This document shows positions 30,147 to 41,265 of a stretch of DNA of 64,000 bases, one piece after another (within the stretch, counting starts at the first letter, position 1; the number at the start of each line of letters is the position of its first letter). Made by a program: the position numbers and the translations under genes. The stretch is from NCBI GenBank assembly GCA_964416765.1, contig CAYQEU010000002.1, forward strand, positions 14,877 to 78,876, in the 5' to 3' direction. Origin of the DNA: an uncultured Candidatus Saccharibacteria bacterium. Lineage in GTDB: Bacteria > Patescibacteriota > Doudnabacteria > UBA920. The notes beneath the pieces were generated by a model. It was not told the origin of the DNA. It searched no databases and saw only the letters and a program-made list of their open reading frames with translations.

Positions 30147-30248
30147 TGTTTTTGTTTCTTTGATTTATGGCTAATTTTGGCCAAAAACCATATTCGCTAT
30201 CCGATACTTTTCTAACCTAAGTATACCAGAAAATAGACAAATTGTCAA
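30147..30248 (-). promoter_or_regulatory. sigma70 promoter plus conserved leader element, copy C
   Basis: TTGACA-17-TATACT; hairpin with CAAAATTA loop (30161-30190); GAAACAAAAACA (30147-30158). Confidence 0.7.
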
Positions 30249-30263
30249 TATTTAAGCCTGTAT

Positions 30264-31544
30264 TTAAAGGAGAAGGGTCAGCAAAATACAGACAGCAAGC
30301 AATAAACTACTTAAAACTGCCGTAATTATGAGGAAATTGTGGTAATTGCCAGTTTTTTCTACGGCATTAGCGCCTATTTCCAAGGCTGGCACCAGCCTTT
30401 TTCTGATTTCAAATTGTCCGGACACTGTTTGAATGAGCTTTTTGGAATCGTCAAACAGATTAATTGCGTATGTGTACGTTCCGGGTGGAAAATTCGGCAG
30501 CGTTACCTCAAAAGTTTGGTTGCTCTTATTAACTGAAAACAGGTACATATATTCGGGTCCGGACAATTCCCTGCTTTTAACAGCAATAATTATGCTTGAA
30601 GTTGCTTGGGGCACGCTTGTTATGGGAATCGAAATCGTCAGATTGGATAATTCCGGTACCACAGCGCTAAAAGGATCCAAGGAATGTATGCCATGGTCAT
30701 AGGTAAAGATGAAGTTTTTGAGTTCGACCGGCAAAGCAGGCTTGGTTGCGGCGGGAATAAATTTAGTATCAACCACGGGGGCCCTCACTTGCCCGCTATT
30801 CTCGCTGTACCAAAGGATTATGGCGGTTACAAGAGACCCAGAAGAATAATTGCCGGCATGGTCGCGGGAAAACACCGTGTAGTAATATAGCACGCCTGGG
30901 TTGGCGGTATTGTCTTCTATGGCAAGATGATTGCCCTCATAAATCACCTGACCGTTAAGGGGGTCCAGAGGGAAAAATCTGTCAGAACGGACCACCCGGA
31001 CAGCCTCAAAATCTTTCTCGGGCGGGGCAGTCCATGACAAACTAATCCGATCGTTTAATGCTGTGGCCACCAAGTTTGAAACATTCGAGGGGGGCGTGGT
31101 ATCCGGCGCCAACGTTGTAGTAAACTTTTCCGAATAGAATACAGACCGGCCATAGGGGTCTGTGGCAACTATTTGGTAATAGTAATTGGTGCCCGGTTTT
31201 AAGTCCGGGATAAAAGCGGAGTCTTCTTTTGTAAACTGCTCGGTGCTAACCTGGCCGTCCGAATATTCAGTGTTTCTGCCCCATAGGACGCGAACCAGAC
31301 TGACAATGCTGGTATGCCAGGAAACAATCGCGCTGTCTGATTTGGCCTCCACAGAGACATTGTATATTTGATTAGGCTCTGTACCTGTCCCACCCCCGCC
31401 GCCGTTGTTATTGGGAGGAGCATTCCCAAGAATAGGCTGAGTAACATTTAGGCTGCCCGTGGCGGCGAGTGTAATTAAAGGCAGACAGAGAGCACTTAAA
31501 ACAAAAAAACCCAGCACCAGGGTTTTGGCCAAACGACTTCCCAT
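30264..31544 (-). CDS. fibronectin type III domain protein with C-terminal TM anchor
   Basis: AIVSWHT...DLKPGTNYYYQIVATD; DTTPPSNVSNL...ISLSWTAP...YYYTVFSRDHAGNYS. Confidence 0.85.
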   Translation of the reverse strand: MGSRLAKTLVLGFFVLSALCLPLITLAATGSLNVTQPILGNAPPNNNGGGGGTGTEPNQIYNVSVEAKSDSAIVSWHTSIVSLVRVLWGRNTEYSDGQVSTEQFTKEDSAFIPDLKPGTNYYYQIVATDPYGRSVFYSEKFTTTLAPDTTPPSNVSNLVATALNDRISLSWTAPPEKDFEAVRVVRSDRFFPLDPLNGQVIYEGNHLAIEDNTANPGVLYYYTVFSRDHAGNYSSGSLVTAIILWYSENSGQVRAPVVDTKFIPAATKPALPVELKNFIFTYDHGIHSLDPFSAVVPELSNLTISIPITSVPQATSSIIIAVKSRELSGPEYMYLFSVNKSNQTFEVTLPNFPPGTYTYAINLFDDSKKLIQTVSGQFEIRKRLVPALEIGANAVEKTGNYHNFLIITAVLSSLLLAVCILLTLLL

Positions 31545-31546
31545 AA

Positions 31547-32302
31547 TTATAAAGGCAAGGCCGTTACTATTACCGTGGTTGTGTAAGACCCTCCGGGCTG
31601 AAGATGGTTATTGCCGGATTCGGCTTTCATTTTAACGGTAGTGGTGGTTCCAGTCGGGTGGTTACCGCTGGTCCGCTGGGCGATAGGCTGGTCGGAAGTT
31701 GAAAGAGCGCCCCAGCATTGGTCTACCGAGTCCAATACGCCTGCGTTGCATGAACTCCCATTATCCCTGAACTTCTGTATTATATCTGGTCCTTCCGGGG
31801 TAAAACCAAATTCGCTGTCGGAAGAATTGACCGTCCAGGTGTAATCGGGGTCGCTGCCGGCCGGGGTGTAATCGGCGAAGCTACTGGTTCCACTTTTCAG
31901 GGCCGGGGAAGTGGTGGCGCGTACATTAAGGGTATAGCCGGCAGGGTTGTCGGTTATTACAGTCCAGCTGGTGCTACCGGTACCGGACCCCCCTGAAACA
32001 CCACTGATAGAAGGACTTAAAGCCACATCCGATGCCTGGGTAATAGAAAGGTAAACATTTTGCACAGCCAAAAACCCGGAATTGATTTTATAACTTGAAC
32101 TGGCAGCGTCACCAGTACCAACTTCGCCTATACTATCGACGGCTTGGTAAGAAGCGGAATTGGAAAGCCCTCCCCCAACATCAACAGAATCGACGGGAAT
32201 TTTATAACTGCCGCTGCTCATTTGAGCCATGCCAGTATGGCCGGAAACCAAAAAAAGCAGCAACGCTATGACAACTGCCAAACTGAACCTATTGCCAAGC
32301 AT
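31547..32302 (-). CDS. secreted WxL-like protein
   Basis: Signal peptide; N-terminal MSSGSYKIPVDSVDVGGG...SSSYKINSGF module like that of 10650-11759; WTVITDNPAGYTL...GGSYTTTVIVTA C-terminus. Confidence 0.7.
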   Translation of the reverse strand: MLGNRFSLAVVIALLLFLVSGHTGMAQMSSGSYKIPVDSVDVGGGLSNSASYQAVDSIGEVGTGDAASSSYKINSGFLAVQNVYLSITQASDVALSPSISGVSGGSGTGSTSWTVITDNPAGYTLNVRATTSPALKSGTSSFADYTPAGSDPDYTWTVNSSDSEFGFTPEGPDIIQKFRDNGSSCNAGVLDSVDQCWGALSTSDQPIAQRTSGNHPTGTTTTVKMKAESGNNHLQPGGSYTTTVIVTALPL

Positions 32303-32305
32303 AAA

Positions 32306-33283
32306 CTACTTTCTCCGTCTTATTTCAAAAGACCGTAATATGATGCGGAGAAGCAATGCCACAAGAAGGATTGCAATGACTATAGCGACCAAGATTTTCC
32401 ATGGCAGGATCCAAAATACTATAGTTTTGGAGTCAACTACATCCGGCGAACTCTTGTACCCACGATTTAAATTTATAGTGGCGGTATAGCGGCCAAACGC
32501 AAATCCGGAATCATCCCAGGAAATCTGCGCCGCGCGGAGAGAATCGGGCAAACTAAAGAAGGGGGTTACATCCAGTTCAGCCACTTTCTTGCCGATAATA
32601 TTTTTAATAATAACCTTACCGCTTGGGGTTAAATGGACGCTACTGTTATTTTCAAAAAGCGCCTCAAAATTATAGGGTCCTTTTTCATAAACCGATTTTC
32701 CGTCTTCCATTCGGAAGTCGGCCAAATGGGCGTCTTCCTTTACGCTTCCAGCCACCCTGACGAAATATAAAGCTCCAAGCCGCGAAACCGTTTTGGCATC
32801 CGTAAGATCCTGTCCCCCTGTACCTTCTGAAGAAGAGGATACCAGGACTGAGCCGTATAATCCGCCTGGTTCGGCATCCAGCGGGATGGAAAATTGAATA
32901 TTGATATTGGCCCGTTGTTTAGATTTAAGCTTAAACGTTTTTACTTCGGGCTTTATGAAATCCTTTAAGGAATAAGGCCCTTTATCCGAGCCTAACAATA
33001 CCACTACCTGTTTGGGATCCTGAGAACCCTTAAAGTCTTCGACATCAATGCTAAATAGTTTTTCACTATCAGTACGATTAACTATGGAGAGAGTTTTGGT
33101 AATTTTGTCTCCGGGCTTAACGGAAATTTCGGTTTTTGCCGGTTCGAGAACAAAATCATTCCTCACCTCAACCGTCGCGTCCTTTATCTCCAAAGCCTTA
33201 GCGGGATGAGAATATAAAAGCAAACCCGACACTGAGAGTGCCAGGATAATAAATTTGGGGTATGAGCGGAAAGGTCTTGCCAT
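32306..33283 (-). CDS. DUF916/DUF3324-like (WxL-interacting) protein with C-terminal TM
   Basis: FVLEPAKTEI...IPLDAEPGGLYGSV...FENNSSVHLTPSGKVIIKN...FGRYTATI...FWILPWK then TM; paralogue of 9605-10621. Confidence 0.75.
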   Translation of the reverse strand: MARPFRSYPKFIILALSVSGLLLYSHPAKALEIKDATVEVRNDFVLEPAKTEISVKPGDKITKTLSIVNRTDSEKLFSIDVEDFKGSQDPKQVVVLLGSDKGPYSLKDFIKPEVKTFKLKSKQRANINIQFSIPLDAEPGGLYGSVLVSSSSEGTGGQDLTDAKTVSRLGALYFVRVAGSVKEDAHLADFRMEDGKSVYEKGPYNFEALFENNSSVHLTPSGKVIIKNIIGKKVAELDVTPFFSLPDSLRAAQISWDDSGFAFGRYTATINLNRGYKSSPDVVDSKTIVFWILPWKILVAIVIAILLVALLLRIILRSFEIRRRK

Positions 33284-33287
33284 GTCT

Positions 33288-33938
33288 CTACTGAGCTGTT
33301 GCTGTAGCGGTTATGGTAGCGCTATAAGTTCCCGCCGCGGCAAAGATACCGTTTTGTTCGGTGGCCACGCATATATTGGTAGCTGTTCCGGAAGTCCCCG
33401 TTGGTGAACTGCTGCTGGAAATCTGATCTGCAGAACCAGTAAGGTCGAAGTCTCGCCATTTCAATGTTGTACTGGGAACATTTGCGCCGGCAACACAATC
33501 TGAGTCTGTACCCCAGGTACCCGTAGGGGTGTGGGTTCCAAATGCTGAGTAGCCAAATTCAGCCGCACTGGAAACACTCCAGGTTTCTGGAGTTTCTGAT
33601 ACTGCTGGGGTGTAGTCAGCGATGTTGCCGCCGCCGCCAGAACGGGAAAGGGCTGGGGCGGTAGATGCATACACCGTAAGATTATATCCGCCAGCGGAGT
33701 TTGTGGTAACAGTCCAAGCTGCTGTACCTACGGAAGTATTTTGGGAGGTGGACAGGGCAGTCATGGTAATATCAGACGGGCTGGAAATAGTAATCCCGGT
33801 GGTAACACTCTGAGTGACGTCAATGCTGTCGGATGCTGATTGCGCGTAAGTATCGGAAGGTTCAATCAAGGAAAATACCAGCCCTACAATGAAGACTGCT
33901 GAGATTAGAATGGCGGCTGCGGGAATGACCTTTTTCAT
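33288..33938 (-). CDS. small secreted WxL-like protein
   Basis: Signal peptide; WTVTTNSAGGYNL...ADYTPA...EFGY...AGTYSATITATA; paralogue of 31547-32302. Confidence 0.75.
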   Translation of the reverse strand: MKKVIPAAAILISAVFIVGLVFSLIEPSDTYAQSASDSIDVTQSVTTGITISSPSDITMTALSTSQNTSVGTAAWTVTTNSAGGYNLTVYASTAPALSRSGGGGNIADYTPAVSETPETWSVSSAAEFGYSAFGTHTPTGTWGTDSDCVAGANVPSTTLKWRDFDLTGSADQISSSSSPTGTSGTATNICVATEQNGIFAAAGTYSATITATATAQ

Positions 33939-34041
33939 GGATTTAGGGAAGATTTATTTTAATTTCTCTTATAGTTATGGGGGTTACCCTTGAAAATATT
34001 ATAGCATAAAAAACAAAAAATTCCCCATACAGGGCAAACAA

Positions 34042-34076
34042 AAGAGACGCGGAAGTTATGGCTTCGCGCGCCTCTC
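34042..34076 (-). terminator. probable terminator after the JmjC and small-ORF unit
   Basis: Imperfect GC-rich hairpin (AGAG..GCG.GAAG...CTTC.CGC..CTCT) followed by TTTGTTT on the minus strand. Confidence 0.55.
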
Positions 34077-34097
34077 GAGTGTAAAATCCAGTGTTTG

Positions 34098-34355
34098 TTA
34101 AGTCCAGTCGCATTGGTCATAGGGTATCTCCATCAGTCCTTCGGCACCCGTTACGGACGCCCAAATACCATGGCAGCCCCAGTATGCCCGAACGACAGCG
34201 TGTTTGCCCGCGAACCGGTTGGCTTGCCGGGCGTAGTTATTGTCCGGCTTTTCTGCCTTCAGGATACGGAAAGTCCGTCCCAACGGCGGCTTTTTGCTGC
34301 TGTTGTACATGAGCTTCTCGCTTCCGGGAGGCTCAGTGAACGGAAAATTCGGCAT
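34098..34355 (-). CDS. hypothetical protein (85 aa)
   Basis: Strong SD AAGGAGG before ATG, 10 nt after the JmjC stop. Confidence 0.65.
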   Translation of the reverse strand: MPNFPFTEPPGSEKLMYNSSKKPPLGRTFRILKAEKPDNNYARQANRFAGKHAVVRAYWGCHGIWASVTGAEGLMEIPYDQCDWT

Positions 34356-34365
34356 AGTCCTCCCT

Positions 34366-35343
34366 TCATACGGTTTCCAGGAAACCCACCTGGGTTAGAT
34401 GGGAAACGAAGTCGTGTATAGCTTTCCCGCTCCGGGATGCCTTGAAGTGGTCCAGAACCTGCTTGCCGGTAAACGACCCGCGGCTCTCGATAAATTCAAA
34501 CCACGGCAGGCACTCCACCGGAAACTCCAGTTTGACCCGCTTGGTTTTTACCCGGCATTGCCCGTCGCCCGCAACCTGCGCTTTGAGGCGCTTGGTCGTG
34601 ACTAAACGGAAACGCTGGTCCAACGCAAAATCCTGACCCGTGAATGCCGCCAGCGACACCTTGGACAACCGGTTGTCTAGACCGAACTTGCCCAACTGCT
34701 TAACTCCCACGGTAAGGTGGAAGGAATGCAGGTTTTCGGTCGCTTGTGCCTGGTGCCAGAAGAACCTTGGGATATACAGCACCTGACCTCCCTTCAGGAC
34801 AAAGTCCATGAGAAGTTCATCGGGCGATCGTCCATATACCCACCACCGTTTTTCGCCCTCGACCTGCACAATGAAGACATCGTGCGAATCTTTGTGCTTG
34901 CTAAAGGTAGTGGAATTCTGGAGTCCCCAGTAACCGTTGACGTGCACGGGGAGCTGCATTTCCCGCTCCAAATGGTACGCCATCTCGCCTAAGCGGGAGT
35001 GATGCGCTTCCAGGTTTCGGGCAATTAAGCCGTAACCATCTTTTAACAGCTCGGGAACAATCCTTTCGTTGAGTACGAAAAAGCTATTCCCTTCGCGCCG
35101 CTTGTGCTTGTGGTCGAAGATATAGAACATATCTTCCGGCCGCACATAACGGTTATTTTTTACCAACTCCAGCTGGCTGGGAAGGAGCTGCGAGTGCCTA
35201 ATAACATTCGACAGCTCGGACGAGGAAAACAAGTTTGCCACATACGCCGGGTTGGCGTTGAACAAACACGGCTGTTTCTCAAACACTTGCCTGAGAAATT
35301 TAAGGGGAGAAGACGGGTAAACCAACTTGCTCAACACTTTCAT
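34366..35343 (-). CDS. JmjC/cupin-4 family 2OG-Fe(II) oxygenase (RoxA/NO66-like)
   Basis: NGYW...FSKHKDSHDVFIVQVEGEKRWWVY...GQVLYIPRFFWHQA...SFHLTVG (HxD...H triad); start moved to MKVLSKL with AGGAG SD. Confidence 0.88.
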   Translation of the reverse strand: MKVLSKLVYPSSPLKFLRQVFEKQPCLFNANPAYVANLFSSSELSNVIRHSQLLPSQLELVKNNRYVRPEDMFYIFDHKHKRREGNSFFVLNERIVPELLKDGYGLIARNLEAHHSRLGEMAYHLEREMQLPVHVNGYWGLQNSTTFSKHKDSHDVFIVQVEGEKRWWVYGRSPDELLMDFVLKGGQVLYIPRFFWHQAQATENLHSFHLTVGVKQLGKFGLDNRLSKVSLAAFTGQDFALDQRFRLVTTKRLKAQVAGDGQCRVKTKRVKLEFPVECLPWFEFIESRGSFTGKQVLDHFKASRSGKAIHDFVSHLTQVGFLETV

Positions 35344-35409
35344 ATTATCCGCTCCTGTTCGGGTTGTAGAATTCGATCGTAAAATAAAAACCCTCAGCGA
35401 GGGCTTCTG

Positions 35410-37311
<1,902 letters not shown>

Positions 37312-37503
37312 GTACGATTCAGTTTTGGGGATTTTGGGGCTATAAAAAACACACAAAGTTTCCCTTGTCGTGTTCGATTCTCCGAGTTGCTCGGACCTTC
37401 TGCAATCTCGGCTCTGCGAGAGAGCGATACACAGAAGTAGAATTTACGATCTGTTTATGCCTTTTTTAATCTCCTAATGGATTACTGAATTAAATCCTCA
37501 ACA

Positions 37504-37532
37504 ATAATAAAGGTTTTGGCGGGTCTTGTCAA
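37504..37532 (-). promoter_or_regulatory. rRNA promoter
   Basis: TTGACA-17-TATTAT about 490 nt upstream of the mature 16S. Confidence 0.7.
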
Positions 37533-37554
37533 GGGCTGGCCCCAGAAAAATTTA

Positions 37555-38172
37555 CTATTTTTGCTCCAGGCTAATCCAGAGGTATCGAGAGGCCACGGTG
37601 CGATGGGGAGCCCATTTTTTAGCGATTTTCTCCATCTGTTTTGGGGTGGGCGGTTGCTTCAGTCCATATATTTTTTGGATGGCATTGCGCAGCCCCAGGT
37701 CGCCCACCGAAAACACGTCGGGTCTGCCGAGACTGAACATCAAAAACATTTCCGCTGTCCAGCGCCCAACGCCTTTGATCTTTACAAGCTGTTCTATAAT
37801 TTCCTCGTCTGTTTGGCGGTGAAACTTGCGCGGCGTCACTTGTTTATCCCGAAACGCTTTGGCTATCTCTTTAATGTACTTTATTTTGGAATATGAAAGC
37901 CCGGCGGCGCGCATCTCGGCATCCGATACAGTCAGCACCGCTTCCGGTTGGGGCAAAACTTTGTCGGGGAACAGTTCCAAGAACCGTCCTCGTATTGTCC
38001 GGGCGGCTTTAGTGGAAAGTTGCTGCGAAATAACCGAACTGACCAGCGACATAAAATAATTACGACGAGGTTTAACATCTAACTTCGGCGAAACCGAAAC
38101 GACCCGGTGCAGGACCGGGTCGACTTTTTTGAAATGATTTATGGCGGCAGCCGTGTTAAGCTTCGTCTTCAT
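37555..38172 (-). CDS. alkA: DNA-3-methyladenine glycosylase II (HhH-GPD family)
   Basis: SVISQQLSTKAA, AGLSYSK, LVKIKGVGRWTAEMFLMFSLGRPDVF..GDLGL, WAPHRTVA. Confidence 0.93.
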   Translation of the reverse strand: MKTKLNTAAAINHFKKVDPVLHRVVSVSPKLDVKPRRNYFMSLVSSVISQQLSTKAARTIRGRFLELFPDKVLPQPEAVLTVSDAEMRAAGLSYSKIKYIKEIAKAFRDKQVTPRKFHRQTDEEIIEQLVKIKGVGRWTAEMFLMFSLGRPDVFSVGDLGLRNAIQKIYGLKQPPTPKQMEKIAKKWAPHRTVASRYLWISLEQK

Positions 38173-38779
38173 AGACATAGGTTAGTTCACTCGGTTGTTT
38201 GTCCATGCGCCGCTGCAATTTTGGCGGGATCTTATGCATAGTTCGGTTCAAAGTTTTATTAAAATGCTCAGCGGGGAAGTGGAGCTGGGCCGCCTGCAGG
38301 AAGTCCCATAAGATTTTTGCGTCGTCCAAAGCCCGGTGACGGTTCTTGATGGAAAAACCAAACCGGTCGATGATGGCATCAAGGTTGTGCCGCTTGTGCT
38401 CCGGAAACAACGCTCGGGACAACCGCACGGTGCACAGGCTATCCATGGAAAAACCCCAGCCGCAACGCGCAAATTCACCCGCCAAGAAACCGTAATCAAA
38501 GCCCGAATTATGAGCCACCAGGATACTGCCTTCCAGATGCCCGGCCAATTCCTCAATAATGTCCTCAAAAGCCGGAGCGCCAATCAAATCAACATCACGG
38601 ATGCCGGTAATCTGGGTGATGAATTCGGGGATTTCAACCCCTGGGTTTACCAGAGTAGAATATTCACGGACCACTTCGCCTTTTTCTACCCTCAACAACC
38701 CAACCTCAATAACCCGGCTGTAAGCTGGGCTTCCGCCTGTGGTTTCAACGTCTAAAATGGAAAAAGTCTTATCGTACAC
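38156..38779 (-). CDS. DEDDh 3'-5' exonuclease (DnaQ/PolC epsilon-like)
   Basis: LDVETTG, VAHNSGFDYGFL, HRALDDA motifs; GTG start. Confidence 0.93.
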   Translation of the reverse strand: MYDKTFSILDVETTGGSPAYSRVIEVGLLRVEKGEVVREYSTLVNPGVEIPEFITQITGIRDVDLIGAPAFEDIIEELAGHLEGSILVAHNSGFDYGFLAGEFARCGWGFSMDSLCTVRLSRALFPEHKRHNLDAIIDRFGFSIKNRHRALDDAKILWDFLQAAQLHFPAEHFNKTLNRTMHKIPPKLQRRMDKQPSELTYVYEDEA

Positions 38780-38811
38780 TTTTTGTTTGATCTATTGTTC
38801 TTGTTATTCAA

Positions 38812-38866
38812 CAAAAGGTTTCTTTCAAGCGATTCGGTGCATCCGCTAAGCGAGAAAGAAACCTTT
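38812..38866 (-). terminator. long hairpin terminator after clpP
   Basis: AAAAGGTTTCTTTC ... GAAAGAAACCTTTT 14-bp inverted repeat. Confidence 0.7.
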
Positions 38867-38873
38867 TATTAAT

Positions 38874-39449
38874 CTATTGGATAATCTTATCGATAATTCC
38901 GTACTTCTTGGCTTCGTCCGCGGTCATGAAGTAATCACGGTCGGAGTCAGCTTCAATTTTCTTAATCGGCTGACCGGTATGTTTGGACAAGATTTGGTTA
39001 ATCTGGTTCTTAATCCGGAGCATTTCGCGGGCCTGGATTTCTACGTCCTTCTGCTGTCCTTCAACGCCTCCCATAACCTGGTGGATCATGATGCGAGCAT
39101 TTGGCAGTGAGTAGCGCTTTCCTTTGGCGCCGCAGGCAAGAAGCACAGCGGCGGCGGAAGCAGCCTGGCCGAGACAGATGGTCGCTACCGGCGCTTTAAC
39201 GTGCTGCATAGTGTCGTACAAAGCGAGAGCGGAAGTTACGGAACCACCCGGGGAGTTTACGTAAATTTTAATGTCTTCCTTGCTGTTTTCGGCGTCTAGG
39301 AAAAGCAACTGGGCAATGATGATGTTGGCGACATTGTCGTCAATCGGCTCGCCCAGGAAGATAATGCGCTCTTTGAGCAAACGGCTATATATATCGTACG
39401 CGCGTTCGCCCATCGGACTCTTTTCAATAACTACAGGGATCAATGGCAT
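38874..39449 (-). CDS. clpP: ATP-dependent Clp protease proteolytic subunit
   Basis: [25 protein letters not shown]-like [20 protein letters not shown]. Confidence 0.98.
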   Translation of the reverse strand: MPLIPVVIEKSPMGERAYDIYSRLLKERIIFLGEPIDDNVANIIIAQLLFLDAENSKEDIKIYVNSPGGSVTSALALYDTMQHVKAPVATICLGQAASAAAVLLACGAKGKRYSLPNARIMIHQVMGGVEGQQKDVEIQAREMLRIKNQINQILSKHTGQPIKKIEADSDRDYFMTADEAKKYGIIDKIIQ

Positions 39450-39529
39450 AGATTTTCGCCAATTATTTTTTCGTCACCTAGGGCTCACTTACGGTTCCGA
39501 AAAAACAATTGCCTTTCATTTCTTAATGC

Positions 39530-40807
39530 TTAAGCAAAGTTCTCTTTATCAATTTCTTCGTTTTCGTCGTCAGCGCGTTCAACCCCCTCGCGGGCGGTTT
39601 CAACTTCCGCCGACTGTTCTTCATCATAATCACCCACGATAGTAGGGGCTAGTTCGGTTTCATCAGAAGAGGAATCGTCTACCTGAACAACACCGGTGGA
39701 TTCAAGGTCATCCACGATGGCTGGGGTTTCTGTTTCGGCATCTTCAGCGGCTTCTGCGCTGGAACCGCCAATGTTTTCGCCTTCAATATCAATCTTCCAA
39801 CCGGTTAAGCGGGCGGCCAAGCGAACGTTTTGGCCGGCCTTACCGATGGCCAAGGAGAGCTGGTCTTCTAAGACGCCGATTTTGGCTTCCTTTTCTTCAT
39901 CATTTAGCTGGACGTTCAAAATTTTAGCCGGAGATAGAGCGTTGGCAATAAATTTCACGGGGTCTTCGCTCCATTCAATAATGTCGATTTTTTCACCCCC
40001 TAGTTCAGACATTACGGTCTGCACGCGGGTACCCTTTTGTCCCACGCAGGAACCAATCGGGTCAATCCCTTCCTGGGTGGAGAATACGGCGATCTTGGAA
40101 CGGGAGCCGGCTTCGCGGGCCACAGCTTTAATTTCAACGCTGCCATTGTAAATTTCCGGCACTTCCAATTCGAACATCTTGCGGACCATATCGGGGTGGC
40201 TGCGAGAAAGGGTAATTTTAGGGCCACGGGTGGCTGGTTCAACGTGCAAAATCAACACTTTGAGGCGCTGGCCGATTGAGTATTTTTCGCCCCGAATTTG
40301 TTCAGACGGAAAAAGCACGCCGGTGGCGCGTCCCAAATCAACTAAGATGGTATCGCCTTCAATGCGCTGGACGGTTCCATTTACCAAAGTGCGTTCCTTG
40401 GCTTTGAAGTCAGAGAACTGGACATTGCGTTCCGCTTCGCGTAGCTTTTGCACAATAACCTGCTTCGCGGTTTGCGCGGCAATACGTCCATAGTTCATCC
40501 CGTCTTTCGGGGTAATTTCAGTACGGATAACGTCACCGACTTTGGCGCCCTTCTGCAACTCCTGGGCCTGTTCTTCGGTAACTTCTTTTTGCGGGTCTTC
40601 CACTTCCGCCACAACTGTCTTTACGTCAAAAACTTTGGCGGACAAGGTATCGGGCTGAAACTCAACTTCCACGTTCTGGTCTTTTTCACCAAAATCCTTG
40701 CGGAAAGCTGCCGCTAAACTAGCCTCGATCATTTCAATAATCTCGTCGCGGCTAATTCCTTTTTCTTCTGCTATCTGGGCTAATGCTTGCTCTAATTGTT
40801 CGTTCAT
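39530..40807 (-). CDS. nusA: transcription termination/antitermination factor NusA
   Basis: GRIAAQTAKQVI, AREAGSRSKIAV, DPIGSCVG, LSLAIGKAGQNVRLAARLTGWKIDI; acidic tail. Confidence 0.98.
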   Translation of the reverse strand: MNEQLEQALAQIAEEKGISRDEIIEMIEASLAAAFRKDFGEKDQNVEVEFQPDTLSAKVFDVKTVVAEVEDPQKEVTEEQAQELQKGAKVGDVIRTEITPKDGMNYGRIAAQTAKQVIVQKLREAERNVQFSDFKAKERTLVNGTVQRIEGDTILVDLGRATGVLFPSEQIRGEKYSIGQRLKVLILHVEPATRGPKITLSRSHPDMVRKMFELEVPEIYNGSVEIKAVAREAGSRSKIAVFSTQEGIDPIGSCVGQKGTRVQTVMSELGGEKIDIIEWSEDPVKFIANALSPAKILNVQLNDEEKEAKIGVLEDQLSLAIGKAGQNVRLAARLTGWKIDIEGENIGGSSAEAAEDAETETPAIVDDLESTGVVQVDDSSSDETELAPTIVGDYDEEQSAEVETAREGVERADDENEEIDKENFA

Positions 40808-40879
40808 TATTAAGTTGTTTCTTACTTATTAAATTGTTGCTGCTGCAAACTTGGAACAAAAAAGATGAGCGGGGCTCAT

Positions 40880-41263
40880 CTAGTACAAGTCTTCAACGGC
40901 GTTTGATAATATTCTAACATAATTTGCTGTTTTGTCAAGTATTACCACGCACACGTCAATCCGAAGGCGGCAATCAATAAACTCGGGGTGATTGACGAGA
41001 AACCATCTAATAACCTTTAAAAGCTTCCTTTTCTTAGACAGCCCGACAGATTCTAGAGCCGACTGGTAAGCTCCCGCCCGGGCGACCCGGCATTTTACTT
41101 CAACAAAGGTTATGAGCTGGCCGCAGCGGGCGACAAAATCCAATTCGCCTCGGCGCTTTCCGACTTTATTGTAAAAGTTGGCAGTAACAATAGAAAAGCC
41201 CGACTTAACATAATGTTGCCGGGCAATTCGCTCTCCTAGGTTTCCCGTGTCCCCCCTTAACAC
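40880..41263 (-). CDS. yraN: YraN family (UPF0102) protein
   Basis: GNLGERIA...GELDFVA...FVEVK...RIDV. Confidence 0.9.
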   Translation of the reverse strand: MLRGDTGNLGERIARQHYVKSGFSIVTANFYNKVGKRRGELDFVARCGQLITFVEVKCRVARAGAYQSALESVGLSKKRKLLKVIRWFLVNHPEFIDCRLRIDVCVVILDKTANYVRILSNAVEDLY

Positions 41264-41265
41264 GG

